From: Eledone cirrhosa
Lineage: Eukaryota
Direction: 5' to 3'
Length of the DNA stretch: 64,000 bases
Assembly (NCBI GenBank): GCA_964016885.1
Contig: OZ024742.1
Location: 27,590,001 to 27,654,000, forward strand
Shown: positions 1-14,125 of the stretch, piece by piece
Layout of the letters: every line of letters starts with the position of its first letter
How positions within the stretch are numbered: the first letter of the stretch is position 1
Translations under genes and position numbers: made by a program
Notes under the pieces: model-generated
What the model saw: only the letters and a program-made list of their open reading frames with translations
Database searches by the model: none
Told to the model about the DNA's origin: nothing

Positions 1-416
1 AGAAGACCTGCCTTACCTAAATACAAAGTAAAACCTACTACAGTCAGTAGGCATCTGTAACAAAATACACCCTGTCCCACCACCCCCACCCCATCCACAC
101 CGCCCCTTTCAATGTAAAGTTATGTTGGTGCCACAAAATCCTGGCCGAAACAAATGAGATCGTGTAGGTGTCACGACAAAAAAACACACAATCCACGCTG
201 TAATGTGGCCGTGTAGGCAACACGGTAAAAACCTCCCAGCCCCACACTGTAAATGTGGTTGGTGTTAGGAAGGGCATCCAGCTGTAGAAATCCCGCCAGA
301 CAGTCCTATGCGAGCAATGACAACCACTCTTGCCTCAAGTGGGAAAACTCCCGTCCAAACCCATGCAAGCGTGGAACATAGACGTTAAACGATGATGATG
401 ATGATGATGATGGTGA
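1..416 (+). mobile_element. 3' end and 3' UTR of an RTE-clade LINE ending in a (GAT)n tail
   Basis: Near-identical to 18315-18849 and 19663-20052, which follow RT C-terminal ORFs; ends gacgttaaac(gat)n, then (TA)n. Confidence 0.85.
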
Positions 417-714
417 TATATATATATATTCATCTTATTAAAGTGAAATAGTAAGTCTTGAAACTCTAGTTTGATATTGAGTACTCTTTTCTCTCAGCCA
501 TCAACCACATAAGTATTTTTATATTGTTACTAGTGATGACTACATCATTGAGTAAGGGTACTCATTACATAAGTAAACTATGTATTATAACTGAAGGTAA
601 AGAAAGCACAATACCTCAGTTTCTGACCAATTTCATTTCAATGAATCTCCATTGACATAAAACTGGACACTAATCTTTTGATTTTCTACTTCATTTAAAA
701 GAATACACGAGCTT

Positions 715-1140
715 TAAGGCCATTTATCCCCTTGCGAAACCAAGAGTTAGCCTTGCAGACCGTATGAAATTCATCTTCATTTTGCCCTACCAGCTGCATC
801 ACAACTCACTAGCTTTTATTTCCTCTTCTATCATCTTTAACCATGTCTTTTATGGTCTTTACATCCCTCAACATTCCTTTCCAACACTCCTCTCACCCAG
901 TCACTTTCATCTTTCCTCAACACATTACCCAACCATCACATTCCCTTTATCCGCTCAACATTCATCACTCTCTATTCTCATCTTCTGTTGCTATTCATTA
1001 TATATCTTCTTTCTCTCTCTGTTCATCCACCGAATCATTATCATCCCATCTCATCTCCATTCTTTCCAGCTGTCTCTACTGCTCCATATTTATCACTCAT
1101 GTTTTGCTCCAATAAATTATGGAACCCTTTGATGATTATA
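715..1140 (-). pseudogene. Highly decayed RTE LINE ORF C-terminal fragment
   Basis: Minus strand gives LERMEMRW..MIRWM..WLGNVLRKDESDWVRGVLERNVEG..KTWLKMIEEE with stops/frameshifts, resembling the RTE C-terminus. Confidence 0.6.
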
Positions 1141-1736
1141 ACAACATTGTCCCCATCTGAGAGGTCAGTGACTTCGATTAATGGCTGACTTGGTCTCTGA
1201 TGACCCATTCAACCTTTGCTGGTAGAGAAAATGGATGTTGAATGACAATGTTAATTATGAAAATGCTGTAACAAGATATGGATATGGTTGATGACAAATG
1301 ACAAATATGTATTTATGGACTGTATTCATAGAATGGTTAAGATGCAGTCTTTCTATGCCAGACTACTGACAGAATGGAATTTGGTTGCTTTGGTTTTTAT
1401 TGTCTTTTGGTTTCTTTTGCTTTTTTTCTTATTTATATTAATAAGGAATCTTTTGTTTATAGTTTCTGTGAAGTGGTTGGCATTAGGAAGGGCAGCTAGC
1501 TGTAGAAACCATATCAGAACAGAACAGGTCTGGGATCTTGTTGAATGATCAAAAGAAGGAAAAAAATGACTGACTTTGGACTAAAACCAATAACAGCAAC
1601 AATAACAACTATGGTATCACATATACAATAGCCGGCTAGGTTAAGATCTAAAGAGAAACATATATGAAATGCATGTATGGTTTCCAAAATGGTTGAGGTA
1701 TGCTTCAACATTTTATTACTTTCATATCAATCATCA

Positions 1737-2305
1737 TAACCCTTTTAAACCTTTAGTATTTAAACCGGATGTGTCCAGCCTAAACTTGCTCACACCTGTC
1801 CAAACTGGTCACTCATGCCAATGTTAAGGTATTGTTCTCAAAATAAATAATATCATCATCAAAATCTCGTAGATTCAATATCATGTGAAATAATCATTTT
1901 AGATAAAGCTTTTACTTTGAAAATATAAAAGTAAATATAGAGTAATGTAAATACTAAAGGTTTAATACCAGCATGACTGAAATTGTCCCTCATTTTATAA
2001 TAGAAAATTGTCTGTCGTAAAGTGTTTATATTTATATTAAAACCATCCATCACAATTTTATGAAACAACATTTTATTAAGTAATGTTCTAAACATCAAAT
2101 TAATTTTCGAATCCTTTTGAAAAAAAAAAAAAAATGAGTAATTTAGTATTATAAAATCTTTCAAAATATTCAGCTGATGTTTGGAACATAACAAATGTTC
2201 TTACATAAAATTATAATAGAAAGTTTATAGATAAATAAAGACAGTTTAAAATAAACAGCTTACTATCTGGTGGTTTCAGACAGTTTGGTATCAAAAAGGT
2301 TAAAT
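1737..2305. mobile_element. Degenerate piggyBac-like MITE
   Basis: Ends taaccctt/aaaccttt ... tttggtatcaaaaaggttaa; internal gatgtttggaacataacaaat shared with 33427-33665. Confidence 0.5.
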
Positions 2306-2694
2306 TCTATTTTTTTTCTGGAAATTTCAGTGATTTAAGCATACACACTTGTAAAGTAGTTTGCAAAGTAAATTGAACGCATTTGTGTTGTTGATATTCT
2401 GATAGTATCTGTGTGTGTTTAGCTTTAACTCCAGGGTGTAGATAAACAGTAAATTTCTCTCACAACTTTGTTTTTCCACTGTTGAGGTATATGGTATACG
2501 TATAGGTTTTATGAATACTTGAGTACCAGAAGCACGGTGCTGTCTGGAGAAGATACAGAATATACGTATCTGTGCTTATTCCAATATAAATATATATATA
2601 TATATGTGCGTGTGTGTGTGTATTTATATATATGTGTGTGTATGTATTCATATATATATGTGTGTGTATGTATTCATATATATGTGTGTGTGTG

Positions 2695-2744
<50 letters not shown>

Positions 2745-3341
2745 GCTGGATTTTATTTTCAAGTGTCTCTTCATTTTAGGTGTAGTTATATATCATTGTG
2801 TGTATAGTTACTTTATAATAATTGTTTCTACTTTATAATAATATCAGACAATATGATATTCAAATTTTCAATATACACAGAGCTCTCTTACCATATGTTA
2901 AATATAGAATTACATGCATGTATACACACACACAAAATACACATGTACACACAAACACACTCATTCATTCAAATGAAGCTGATGATTCACCCCAGTGGTA
3001 CTTTAAGTTTCTTGTTTGTGCCTGTTCTTTAAAAAAGTGATGTATATATTTATACACACACATACCTATATCTATCTATCTCTATATATAAATATATATA
3101 TATATATATGCATGTGCAAACAAATATATGAATTCAAGTATCTATATTTCTTTTATACACATATGTATAAGAGTTTATACTTTATATTTTCTACAATAAT
3201 GTTTTAGGCTGCAGATATAAGATAGCTAATGCATAAAAAAATAGTAAATTCTAAAACAAACAAACCAAACTTTCAACAGATGTTGAAACAAAGTTGGACA
3301 GGATTGGAAAAATCAAACACAAGAAAAAACGACACCACTGT

Positions 3342-3374
<33 letters not shown>

Positions 3375-3386
3375 ACATATATATAC

Positions 3387-3419
<33 letters not shown>

Positions 3420-3432
3420 CATACATACATAT

Positions 3433-3692
3433 TGGCCTTGCAATCGAAAGGTTGTGAGTTCAATTCTCAGACCGGGTGATGTGTTGTTTCCTTGAGCAAG
3501 GCACTTTATTTCACATTGCTCCAGTGTACTGCAAAATGGTCGTGGAGGTGCCACGGCAAAAAAGCACCCAGCACTCACGGTAAATGAGGTTGGTGTTAGG
3601 AAGGGCATGCAGCTGTAGAAATCAAGCCAGAATCAGTTCCCGTCCCACCCTTGCAAGCAGGGAAAAGTGGACATAAAATGAAATGATGATGA
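3433..3692 (+). mobile_element. 5'-truncated tRNA-derived CORE-like SINE with RTE-type tail
   Basis: B-box gagttcaattctc, core tccttgagcaaggcactttatttcac, tail ggttggtgttaggaagggc...(gat)n. Confidence 0.8.
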
Positions 3693-3785
3693 CTGTTGAA
3701 TAACAATGCAGAAAGTTTAAAGATATTTCTGTTAACATTTAAAAAATGTAATTTTAAAAGAAATATGTAAAAATAAAATACATAT

Positions 3786-3981
3786 TAACTCTTAAGACCC
3801 TGTACTACGTGAAACCATATTAGCAAGATATTCTTAAAAAGTAGAAAACAGCACTATGAATGCATCACATTAAAATTTGAAGTCTTTAATTTTCACAACA
3901 ATCTATCCACTAGTAAATGTGAATTAATCAATTCGTTTTTAAATATTTTCTGCTAAATCATTATAGGATGTTAAGAGCTAA
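3786..3981. mobile_element. TTAA-ended piggyBac-like MITE
   Basis: ttaactcttaa ... ttaagagctaa ends; related copies at ~63284-63490 and ends at ~9510-9700. Confidence 0.5.
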
Positions 3982-4569
3982 ATATTTAGCAGATTAGGAA
4001 TTTTGGGAGATTTACTATATATTGATGGTTTAATTAGAAGAAACAGGGCAGAGCTATGGACCCTTTTTGGACGAGGAGGAGGAGCAGGAAAGAATGACTC
4101 CAAATATTTTGGCAGTTATGTAAAAAAGAAACCAAAACTTATAGGATATCTCCAGACTGGAGTATCTGATAGGAATGTTGAAAACAGAGTCCAAGGACCA
4201 AATAAAGATGTTAAACTGTTGGATTAAGATTGTGGTTCTTTAATACTCTATATATTTGGTCATCAGTGGCTCTTCTCTACTAGAGATGGTATAGTTAGAA
4301 ATAATTCATCATCATCATCATTTAATTCTTTTGGCACAAGGCCAGCAATTACCCCAGTCCATTACTGGTACTTTATTTTATTGACCCTGTAAGGATGTAA
4401 GGCAAAGTTAACCTCAACGGGATTTGAACTCTGACCGTAAAGGGACGTAACTATGCTGGAAAGCATGGCATCCAACCCTCTACCGATACTTTGAGAGGTT
4501 ACCACATGTTAAGGCTAAACTGGTTAGGTGGCCATGTCTTGCGCTTACATTCTATTTCAGCTTCGTTTC

Positions 4570-5050
4570 TATGGCTGGATGCCCTTCCTAATGCCAACCA
4601 CTTTACAGTGCTTGCTGAGACCATTTTATCATGATTCCAACACTATCACCTTACAGAGTGTCTAGGTATTTTTTGTTGTGGCACCAGTACTACCACTTTT
4701 ACAGGTTAGATTGGGTGCTTGTAGTTGTGGCACCAGTACTAACACTTTACAGCGTAGAGTGGAGTGGATGCTTTTTGTCATAGTACTAGTACTATCACTT
4801 TACTGGGTGAACTAGGTTGCATGGGGTGTTTTTAACATGACACCAGCAGCATCTCCTTACAGAGTGGGCTAGGTGCTTTTTGTCATAGCACCAGCATTAG
4901 TACCTTACAGAGGGGACTGGGTATGTTCTATCATGGCATCAGCATTACCTCCTTACAGAGTAGACAGGATATGTTTTATTGTGGTGCCAGCAGTATCACA
5001 TTACAGAGAGGCCTGGGTACATTTTATCATGTCAGCAACACTATCTCATT
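4570..5050 (-). repeat. Old degenerate ~45-50-bp tandem repeats derived from the RTE/SINE 3' tail
   Basis: Recurring cactttacag...gggtgctttttgtcat..caccagta units; reverse complement resembles the 48-bp unit at 37.3-43.1 kb. Confidence 0.6.
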
Positions 5051-5808
5051 ACAACACTATGGTGTTGTTGATATTGGTGTTTAGCTCTATATTAGCCCTA
5101 ATCCCAAAGCAGTGGTGTATGAAAGATGTTGTCACACTCTGCTAACATGCTGGTCCTACTTCTTTGGCATTTGTGTCACCATTTCTATACAAAATACCAT
5201 TTCAATCTGATTGAATCTTTGTTTCTTAGTATGGATTATTAGATTTGAAAACAAATTATCACTACATCCATCATCATCATTGTTTAACGTCCATCTTCCA
5301 CACTAGCATGGGTTGGACGGCTTTGTCCCACTTGAGGAAAGATTGGTCGGGAGACCGTGTCTCGCACGTACAGAACTATTTGTGGCAGGTTTTCTACAGC
5401 TGGATGCCCTTCATAACACCAACCACATTTACAGTTTTATGATAAATCCAATAACAGAATTATTATAAAGAAAATTTACCATCTTTGGTGGATTTGCAGG
5501 ACTCTCTGACACACCCACAATATACACGCTTAGATTAAGGGGGTCCAGCCACTTTTTTCAGACATAGTGCATCTATGACTACATTATCTAAAGTGTTCTG
5601 CCTTTTTACTATTGGAGAGATCATTGTAAAAATCTGCAGTAAATTAAACTAAAACTTTAACTTTTATTATGATGCAAACATTGTGCTGTTTTATACTGTG
5701 AATGTCTTGCTAATGTGGTTTCATGTGGTATAGGATGTCAAGATTTAATCAACTGAGAGTTCTGCCTACAAGGTGGGACGTCAGTCTATTACAAGGTAAC
5801 ATTGCCCC

Positions 5809-6109
5809 CAGTGTCAGATTTAGAGCTTGTGGGACCCAGGGTACTTCATAAGGAAGGGGGGGGGGGTCATACACAGACAATTAGAATACACCCCCACCCC
5901 AATTTTACATATCAAAGTCAGCTTGGTGCAAGTAATTGGAATTGAAAAGTCATATATACAGGTATGAAATTCAAAAACTCTAAACATCCTAAAACTAAAA
6001 AGCCCAGCACAGGGCATGAATAAATTGCTACGGCCATCACTAGTGGGGCCCCACATTGCAGATGGCTTGGGGCAATTGTCCCCTTTGCCTCCAATTAAAT
6101 CCAGCCCTG
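5809..6109. mobile_element. hAT-like MITE with GC-rich subterminal motifs
   Basis: cagtgtcagattta ... taaatccagccctg imperfect TIRs with ggggcccc motifs; related piece at ~7116-7320. Confidence 0.45.
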
Positions 6110-6739
6110 CCTGCTCCCTCATCTGGCTGAGTGGACAAGAGCAATGTGAAATGAAGTGCCTTGCTCAACACTTCGACACACTGTCTAGCCTGGAGATAAA
6201 ACTGATGACTCTATGATGACAACACCAACAACTTAACCCCTCCTCCACCTACTAGGCCACATACCTTCATTTTATCTAATTAAGACATTATTAGTAATAA
6301 ACGTAAGGTAAGTGACAATGACTTTCTATAAAAAGTTTTATTAGAAAATAATTAATCTGATTCTTTCATTAATTTAAATTTTTTTCTGTTGTTGAGCATT
6401 TTCTGAAAATCTGTTACCCCAGTATTAAATATAATTTTTTTTGTCTTTCATTAATCCTAATTACTTAATTGTTTAATTGAAAACTAATTACAGAGATAAT
6501 TGAAATTTATTTCTATTTATTTTGTAATTTTATTGTTATTGTAAAGCTAAGTGAAATCAGAGAGTAAATGTGAGTTGGCTGTGTGGAGAATGCCATTAAA
6601 GCTAAATTATCTGATCCAGGAATCATCATTAACATCCTTTGTTGCTTTTCCATGCTAGCATGGGTTGATCAGCTTATCACAATATGAGATCAACTGGCTC
6701 AAAGCAACCAATCTTGCTTGTTATATTCCATATTTAGCA

Positions 6740-6985
6740 TGTTTCCTGTAGCTGGATGCCCTTCTTAATGTCAATCACTTTACAGAGAGTACTGGGCAGG
6801 TTTTATAAAGCTGGATGTCCTTCCTAATGTCAACCACTTTACAGAGAGTCCTGGGCATGTTTTGTGTAACTGGATGCCCTTCCTAATCTAAATCACTTTA
6901 CAGAGTGTACTGAGGATGTTTTATGTAGATGGATGCTCTTCCCAATGTCAATCATTTTACAAAGAGGACTGGGCATGTTTTATTA
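6740..6985 (-). repeat. Four degenerate ~60-bp tandem copies of a tail segment (gctggatgcccttcctaat...cactttacagag)
   Basis: Unit recurs at ~6751, 6810, 6870, 6930. Confidence 0.7.
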
Positions 6986-7939
6986 TAGAACCAGCACTAG
7001 GGAGCTTGTCATATCTTAAATACAACTGAGGAATCCTCTCTACCCATAGTTTGATAACTTTTCTACAGCTGTATGTCTTCTCTATTACAAAATACTTTAC
7101 AGAGTGTACTGTGAGCAGGGACGGATTTATTGAGAGAGGAAAGTGTAGAGGGTTGAATATCCTGGGTATCCCTTGTCAAATAAGGACATCTTGTCAAACA
7201 GGGCCCTCTCTAGGGACCAGCCCTGCCCTCACCAAACTTGAACTGCCTTGGGCACCCCTAAACCTGAACTACCCCTTGGTGCCCCAGAATCTGACCTGCC
7301 TCAGGTCCCACTAGCTCTGTCTGGGAGCATTTAATCATGTCTCCATCACAAGAGATATTATTAGTTTCTGATTTAGGCACAAGGACAACAATTTGTTTGT
7401 GCTGAGGTGGGGGTCTATTAAATCGACTCCAGTGCATTACTGGTACTTTATTTTATCGACCCATAAGGATGAAAGGCAAAGCTAACCTCAGTGGGATTTG
7501 AACTCAGATCATAAAGGGGCATAACACAAGAGATATTACTGTGGCTTTCACACAACCAAAGTGCCCAATGGGAAAATATAAAGAAGTCTCATGAAAGTTT
7601 CTCAAAAAAAGAGTTGAACCTGGTTGGTAGGTGTCTTCGTCCACCACTACACCACTCACCTATCAGAAGTTTTACTTATCTCCCCACTCCCTATAGTATC
7701 TCTCCTTTACAGAGTTCAATGTTCCAACGGCAATCAAACTGAATCAAAAACTATAGAAAAACTTTTATATTTTCTAATCAATCTTTTTGCTTTCTTTTCT
7801 TTTTATTTACCTCATTAGCAATTTCATTCTCTGGGTTAAGAGATTGACATGAAGAAAAATATGTCTGTGTGCTTGTGTATGTTGGAATATATATTTGTAT
7901 GTATATCCATATATACATATACCATCATCATCACTGTTT

Positions 7940-7980
<41 letters not shown>

Positions 7981-8009
7981 ACATATACACACACATATAT
8001 ATGTATATA

Positions 8010-8078
<69 letters not shown>

Positions 8079-8115
8079 GTATACATATGCACACACACAC
8101 TCACATATATATATA

Positions 8116-8160
<45 letters not shown>

Positions 8161-8313
8161 ATATATGTATATATACACACATGCACATATATATATAAAG
8201 ATTTGATAGACTTTCAAATTGTATTTCTGTCACTAACCCCTGCCAACATATCCTAACCCCCTAGCCGACAATTGCAGAAGTGTTTTAAACTAGTGACTTT
8301 TCTTAGAAACAAA

Positions 8314-8377
<64 letters not shown>

Positions 8378-10327
8378 CTGCAGAAGGAAAAATACAATAC
8401 CTATACAACAATAATAACTACTACTTCGACAACTAATAACAATAATAAGAATATTAATAAATAAATAAATGAATAATAAAAATGATAATAATAACAACAA
8501 CAACAAGAGTAATAGTAATAATAAATAATGAAAATCTATATAAATGTGCAAGATCATTTGAAATAGTTCAATATCTAAAAATAAGATAAGATGAAGTTGG
8601 AATTATGAAATGGCAAATGACCAGATGATGTTTAAGGAACAAGAGAACCCATGGTCTATGAATTTATTAGATTTAACTTAATGGTGGTCTTGAGCCAGAC
8701 AAGAAAATAGCGCCAAGGATTTTTGGTAAATATATATTGACCAGTCTAAGAAATGCAATGAAAGTGTTTGCTGGCCAAGTGGTTAGTGTGCCAGATTAGA
8801 ATTCACATGAGTCAGTAGTTTATAACCTTTAACCCAACCATGGCTGCCCTGTGGTAAAAAATCATCAGAATATTTCTACACTCAATTGACTTTCATTAAT
8901 TTTTAAAATATATTTTTCTTTATTCTTTTATTGGTTTTAGTCATAGGGTTGTGGTCATGCTGGGGCACCACCTTCATCTTTTCACATTCTGTAATGATTT
9001 AACAGAAATTATCTAAAAACACGTTTGTTCATTCAAATATTTATATTATCATTACTAGTAAACTGTGAAGGCACATAGCTTAATGGGTAGAGTTTTTGGT
9101 TTCACAATCATAGGGCTGTGAGTTTGATTCCTAGACTAGGTGGTGCATAATCGCTTTGAGAAAAACACTTTATTTCATGTTACTCCAGTTTACTCAGCTG
9201 TAGAAATGAATTGTGATGTCACTAGTGCCAAGCTGTATTGGTGTTTACCTTTCTCTCGGACATCATTGATGTGGGAGGGGAGATTAGTATGCATGGGTAA
9301 CTGCTGGTCTTCCACAAAAATATTGTCGTGGTTGTGCCTCAGTGAGGAACCTTCTTGATGCAAAACCCATGATCCTTTGTGACAAAAAGGGGGGTCTTGA
9401 TTTTTCTTATTCTTAAACAGATCATAGTGAAGAGATGCAGTAACAGATACATTAATATTTATTGTGCTGCAGTCAGTCTCATTTTGTTCTTCCTGATCTG
9501 GTTTCCTGTCGTACAGGACATTAAGAGTTAAAGACATTGTTCTTGTTACAGTTGTTTAACCCTCAAATTAGACACATTCAAATAGAACCGATGATCAAAA
9601 GTACTCTAGCTAAGATAATCCCTGTCTTTATTGTCCAATATGTCTTTTGTTTTTTAACTCTTAACATCTTGTACCACATGAAACAGCATTAACTAGACAT
9701 TCTTGTAAAGTAAAAAAACAACAATATGCCTGAATCACAATACTACAATTATACTGCAAATTGAGTTACCCAAAAAATACATTGATTTTTTTTGTTTTAA
9801 TGATTGACAAGATGCCAGACCTCATTTGCTTAGCAAGTGGGGAGGAACTTGTTAGTTTGGACCAAGGAAACAAGGTTTCCATATGTCTTTCTTTTGCTGA
9901 TACTAGCTACTGGTCACTGGTAGGAGTAATGTGAAATAAAGTGTCTTGCTGAAGGACATAATGCATTACCTTGTCAGGGAATCAAACTCACAACCTCATG
10001 AATGCAAATCCAATTTCCTAAACATTTGAATTATATATTTTCAGATATTTCCAGTCAAATTATTACAGGATGTGGCAAGAGGAAAATGTTGCTGCTATTA
10101 CTAGCAGTTTGAGCAACTACTTGGAGGCTATTCTGATGATGGCAAGAGAGTCAGCATGAAAAAGAGGATATGAAGATGATGAATTTTATTAAATCGTCTT
10201 TTTTTCTTTTCTTGAAAAGAGATAAGTTTGTCTTTTATTAGGGTTTGAGTAAACAATCACCGAAACAAACCTAGTGTATTACGGGTATCTAGCAACTCAG
10301 AAGAAATAAAAACGAAAAAGAGTAAAA

Positions 10328-10577
10328 CATCTTCTTCTTCCACTTATTCCTGAGAGGGTCGTGGGAGCAGAGTCCTCAAACACTCCTTCCAGCAGATCCT
10401 GTCAGAAGCAACCGTCTCCAACTGATCAGGCTGGATCATCAAGTGTGACCAGCCAAGCTCATGGATGTTATCCAACCATCTTGCTTGGGGTCTACCCTTG
10501 GGTCTTCTGCTGGTTGGTTTTGCCCATAAATCTGTCCAGTGATTCTTTCCTGAGACATTCTAACCACATACCCATAG
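10328..10577 (-). mobile_element. 3' end of a second RTE family with (GAA)n tail
   Basis: Minus strand: YGYVVRMSQERI..RRPKGRPQARWLDNIHELGWSHL..DRICWKECLRTLLPRPSQE*; internally deleted copy at ~33885-34075. Confidence 0.7.
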
Positions 10578-11439
10578 TAAAATTTGAACTCAGAATGGCA
10601 CAGAGTGTTACATGACTGGCCCTTTGACAGGTGTCTACCCAGCTCCTGTCAATTCAATTCCCCGCTCACAAGGGATGATCCAAGGCTATAGTAAAAGACA
10701 CATGCCCAACATGCTACCATAGTGGAATTGAACCCAGGAATTAATTATTGCAAAGCAAACTTTTTAACCATTCGGCCAAGTTGCATCCATGCCACATGCA
10801 CACACACACTTACACACACACACACATACACACACACACACACACATACACACACACACACATATACACAAAGACCTGGTGGAGTTTTTAAAAACAGCAA
10901 AGAAAGATTTGGGCGGGCCTAACAGACCTTGTTATCAGAAATATGGTGAAGTTGAATTTCAAAAGAAAATATTTGACGTTGGAACATTTTCGAACAAAAT
11001 AAATTATTATTATTTGGTGTGGTTGTTGTGGATATTGATGCTGTTGTTGTTGTAGTTAAACATTCCCTTCCTCCATCTCTAAACCTATTTATTGTTTTGT
11101 TGCTGTGATTGTTGTTGTTAAACATCCCCCATCACCACCAGCTTCCTCTCACCCCCAAACATATTTATTGAACAAAGAAAAATTCTTAAAGGGGTTTTTT
11201 CGTCTTTTCTTTGAAATATAAAAATAAAAAATATAAAAATGTTTTACATCGATTCATTTCTTTTATGTTTGTTTTTAAAAAATGTATAGTTTTGATTTAT
11301 GAAATGTCTGTAGAAAATGTGAAATGTTTGCTTGGTTACCAAGATCTTATAGAAGTGTTGTTACTGCTGCTGGGGGGCTGGTGATGGTGCTACTGGTGTG
11401 TGCAGACCAGACTGTGACTATTGAACAATATATACATAA

Positions 11440-11920
11440 AAACACAACAACAATGATGATGATGATGAGGGAAATAACAATAACAACATCAACAGCAGCA
11501 ATAGCAGACACTACCTCAACAGCAACGTTAAGAAAAATATCAACAACAATAGGAACAGCAGCAGCAACATTAACAACAACATCAACAATAGGAACAGCAA
11601 CATCAACAGCAGCAGCAATAGGAACAGCAACAACAACAACAGCAGCAATAGCAAACACCCCCTCAGCAGCAACATTAAGAACAACATCAACAACAAAAGA
11701 AACAGCAACAACAAGAACAACGATGAAAACAACAACAGCAGCAGCAACAGACACCACCTCAGCAGCAATGTTAAAAACAACATCAACAACAAAAGGAACA
11801 ACAACAATGATGAAAACAACAAAAACAAAAACTGACACCACCTCAGCAACAACAACAGCAAAGACAGAATCAAGAACAAACACAACACTAACAACAACAT
11901 TAATAACATCAACAATAATA
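11440..11920. repeat. Degenerate (AAC/AGC)n low-complexity tract
   Basis: Imperfect triplet repeats; the Thr/Ala-rich ORF runs into a SINE. Confidence 0.8.
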
Positions 11921-12062
11921 ATTGTTTCTACTTTTTGGCACAAGGTCAGCAATTACCCAGTGCATTACTGGTACTTTATTTTATCGACCCCGTAAGAATG
12001 AAAGGCAAAGTTAACCTTGGTGGGATTTGAACTCAGAATGGCAAGGGTCGTAACTCTATGCA
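11921..12062 (-). mobile_element. Meta-domain-like tRNA SINE (partial)
   Basis: Reverse complement of the element at 28118-28308. Confidence 0.75.
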
Positions 12063-13899
12063 TCAACATCAACAATAATAATGTTTATAACAACAGCAAC
12101 AACAATGATTTCTAATTTGTGCACAAGGCCAGCAATTTGTGTGTGTGAGGGGGGAGGGGGGAATATATTTAGCCAGTACTTGAATGTTTTCTGCCAGGAG
12201 TTGCGACTGATAGATAAAAACCAATGGAAGCATTGTCTCCTTGGTAAGGAAATGAGGTCTGAGAACTTGTTGATCTGTTTAGTTGATCTGTTTGACTTGT
12301 AGGTATTTTACCCCCTCCCCAGATGGAAAGTAAAGCAAAGCTACCCTCGGTGGGATTTGAACTCAGAATGTAAAGACTTCGAACTAAATACTGCAAAGCA
12401 TTTTATCTGGTGCTCTAACGATTCTTTCAATTCACAACAGAATAACTGACACTTCATCTGTTATGATGATAAATGTTCCAGTTGATATGATCAACAGAAC
12501 AGCCTGCTCATGAATTTAACATGCAAGTGGCTGAGCATTCCACAGACACATATACCCTTAACAGAGCTTTCAGGGAAATTCAGTGTGACACAGAATGTAC
12601 AAGGCTGACTCTTCAAAATACAGGTGTAACTCATTTTTGGCGGCTGAGTGGACTGGAGCAATGTGAAATAAAGTATCTTGCTCAATGACACTACACACTG
12701 CTGGGAATCGAACTCACACCCTTACGACAGTGAGCTAAATACCCAAACCACTAAGCAACAGTTTCCGATTTAGTCACATGGCCACCAATTTTTTAGGGAG
12801 GGGAAAGCCAATTAAATTGACCCATGTGCATTATTGGTATTTTATTTTATCAACCTCAAAAAGATGAAAGGTAAAGCTAACCTTAGCGGAATTTGAACCT
12901 AGAATGTAATGGGCCATAACCCTATGCTGCAAAGCATGTTGTCTGATACTCTACTGATTACTGATTTCACAATAATAACAATTACAGCTATAAAAACTAC
13001 AAGAATCAAGCCAGAATGAGAACTTAGGTTTTCACTTCAGTAGAAAAATCCTGTTGTGTCCACCATGAAACAATTTTAAATATGAATTTCATAAGTGTGG
13101 AATATTACTAAAGAAAGCAGCTAAGTATCCCTCAAGTTATAAATAAAATGCCTTAGAAAATTAAAGATATAATACATAATAGCTCTGCCTATATAATAAA
13201 AGGGGTTGGTTATAGTTGGAATGTTTTTAATTGAAAGTCATCAAACCACCTAACTAAATATGAGAGGGGGGAGGGGTTAGAGAGAGAGGAAAAGAGAGAG
13301 TGAGAAGGAGAGAAAGAGAGAAGGGAAGAGAGAGTTTATGTGACAATGATTTATCAAATTGTAGTGAGGACTCTTCAATCATGTCAAATATAAGATAACC
13401 TCCCTGGTGTTGTTCATACCATGATAAAAAGCACCTGCTAGACTCAGTAAAGGTTAGGAAAGTATATAAGCAAGATGAAGCCCCCTAGCCCTTCAGAGAG
13501 TTCAGAGACACCAATTAAATACTGACTTAGTCTGTGATGGCCTGTTCAACCCCAACCCTTGCTAACAGGGAAAACAGATGTTAAGTAATGATGAATATTT
13601 TTTGTAAAAGGTGTCATAACAAAAAGCCATCCTTTGCTCTGTACACATCTATATATAACTCACATATAGGTGGCATCTGTATTGGTTATATGTATCTGTA
13701 TTGGTTATATAAGCCTACACATACTTATCTATGTGCCCACATGCATATACATATAGATGTGTAATTAGGGAAGAATGCTTAAGCAAATTCCTAAACCTTC
13801 AAAATAATACACACACATACACATATACAAATATACAAATATATACATATATGTATGTACGAATATATATAAATATATATATATATATACACATATATA

Positions 13900-14125
13900 C
13901 ACAGTGTGTCCCCCAAAAATGTATACACAGTTCAACAGCCAAAAAAATGCATTAAAATAAATTCAGTTTTATATGCATTATTTATATTATGTAAACATTT
14001 TTGGGTGTTTACATACAATTCAATTATGTCTGTTGATCATTTCATTTTTGGGAAAAGCTGAGCATTCTAATAAATATTGCATGTACAGGTAACCAAAGTG
14101 TGTATACATTTTTGGGGACACACCC
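13900..14125. mobile_element. Tc1/mariner-type MITE
   Basis: TA + cagtgtgtcccccaaaaatgtatacac ... gtgtatacatttttggggacacac inverted termini. Confidence 0.7.

Noticed and set aside
11324-11995. 223-aa Thr/Ala-rich ORF with hydrophobic start
   Set aside because: (AAC/AGC)n low complexity ending in SINE sequence.
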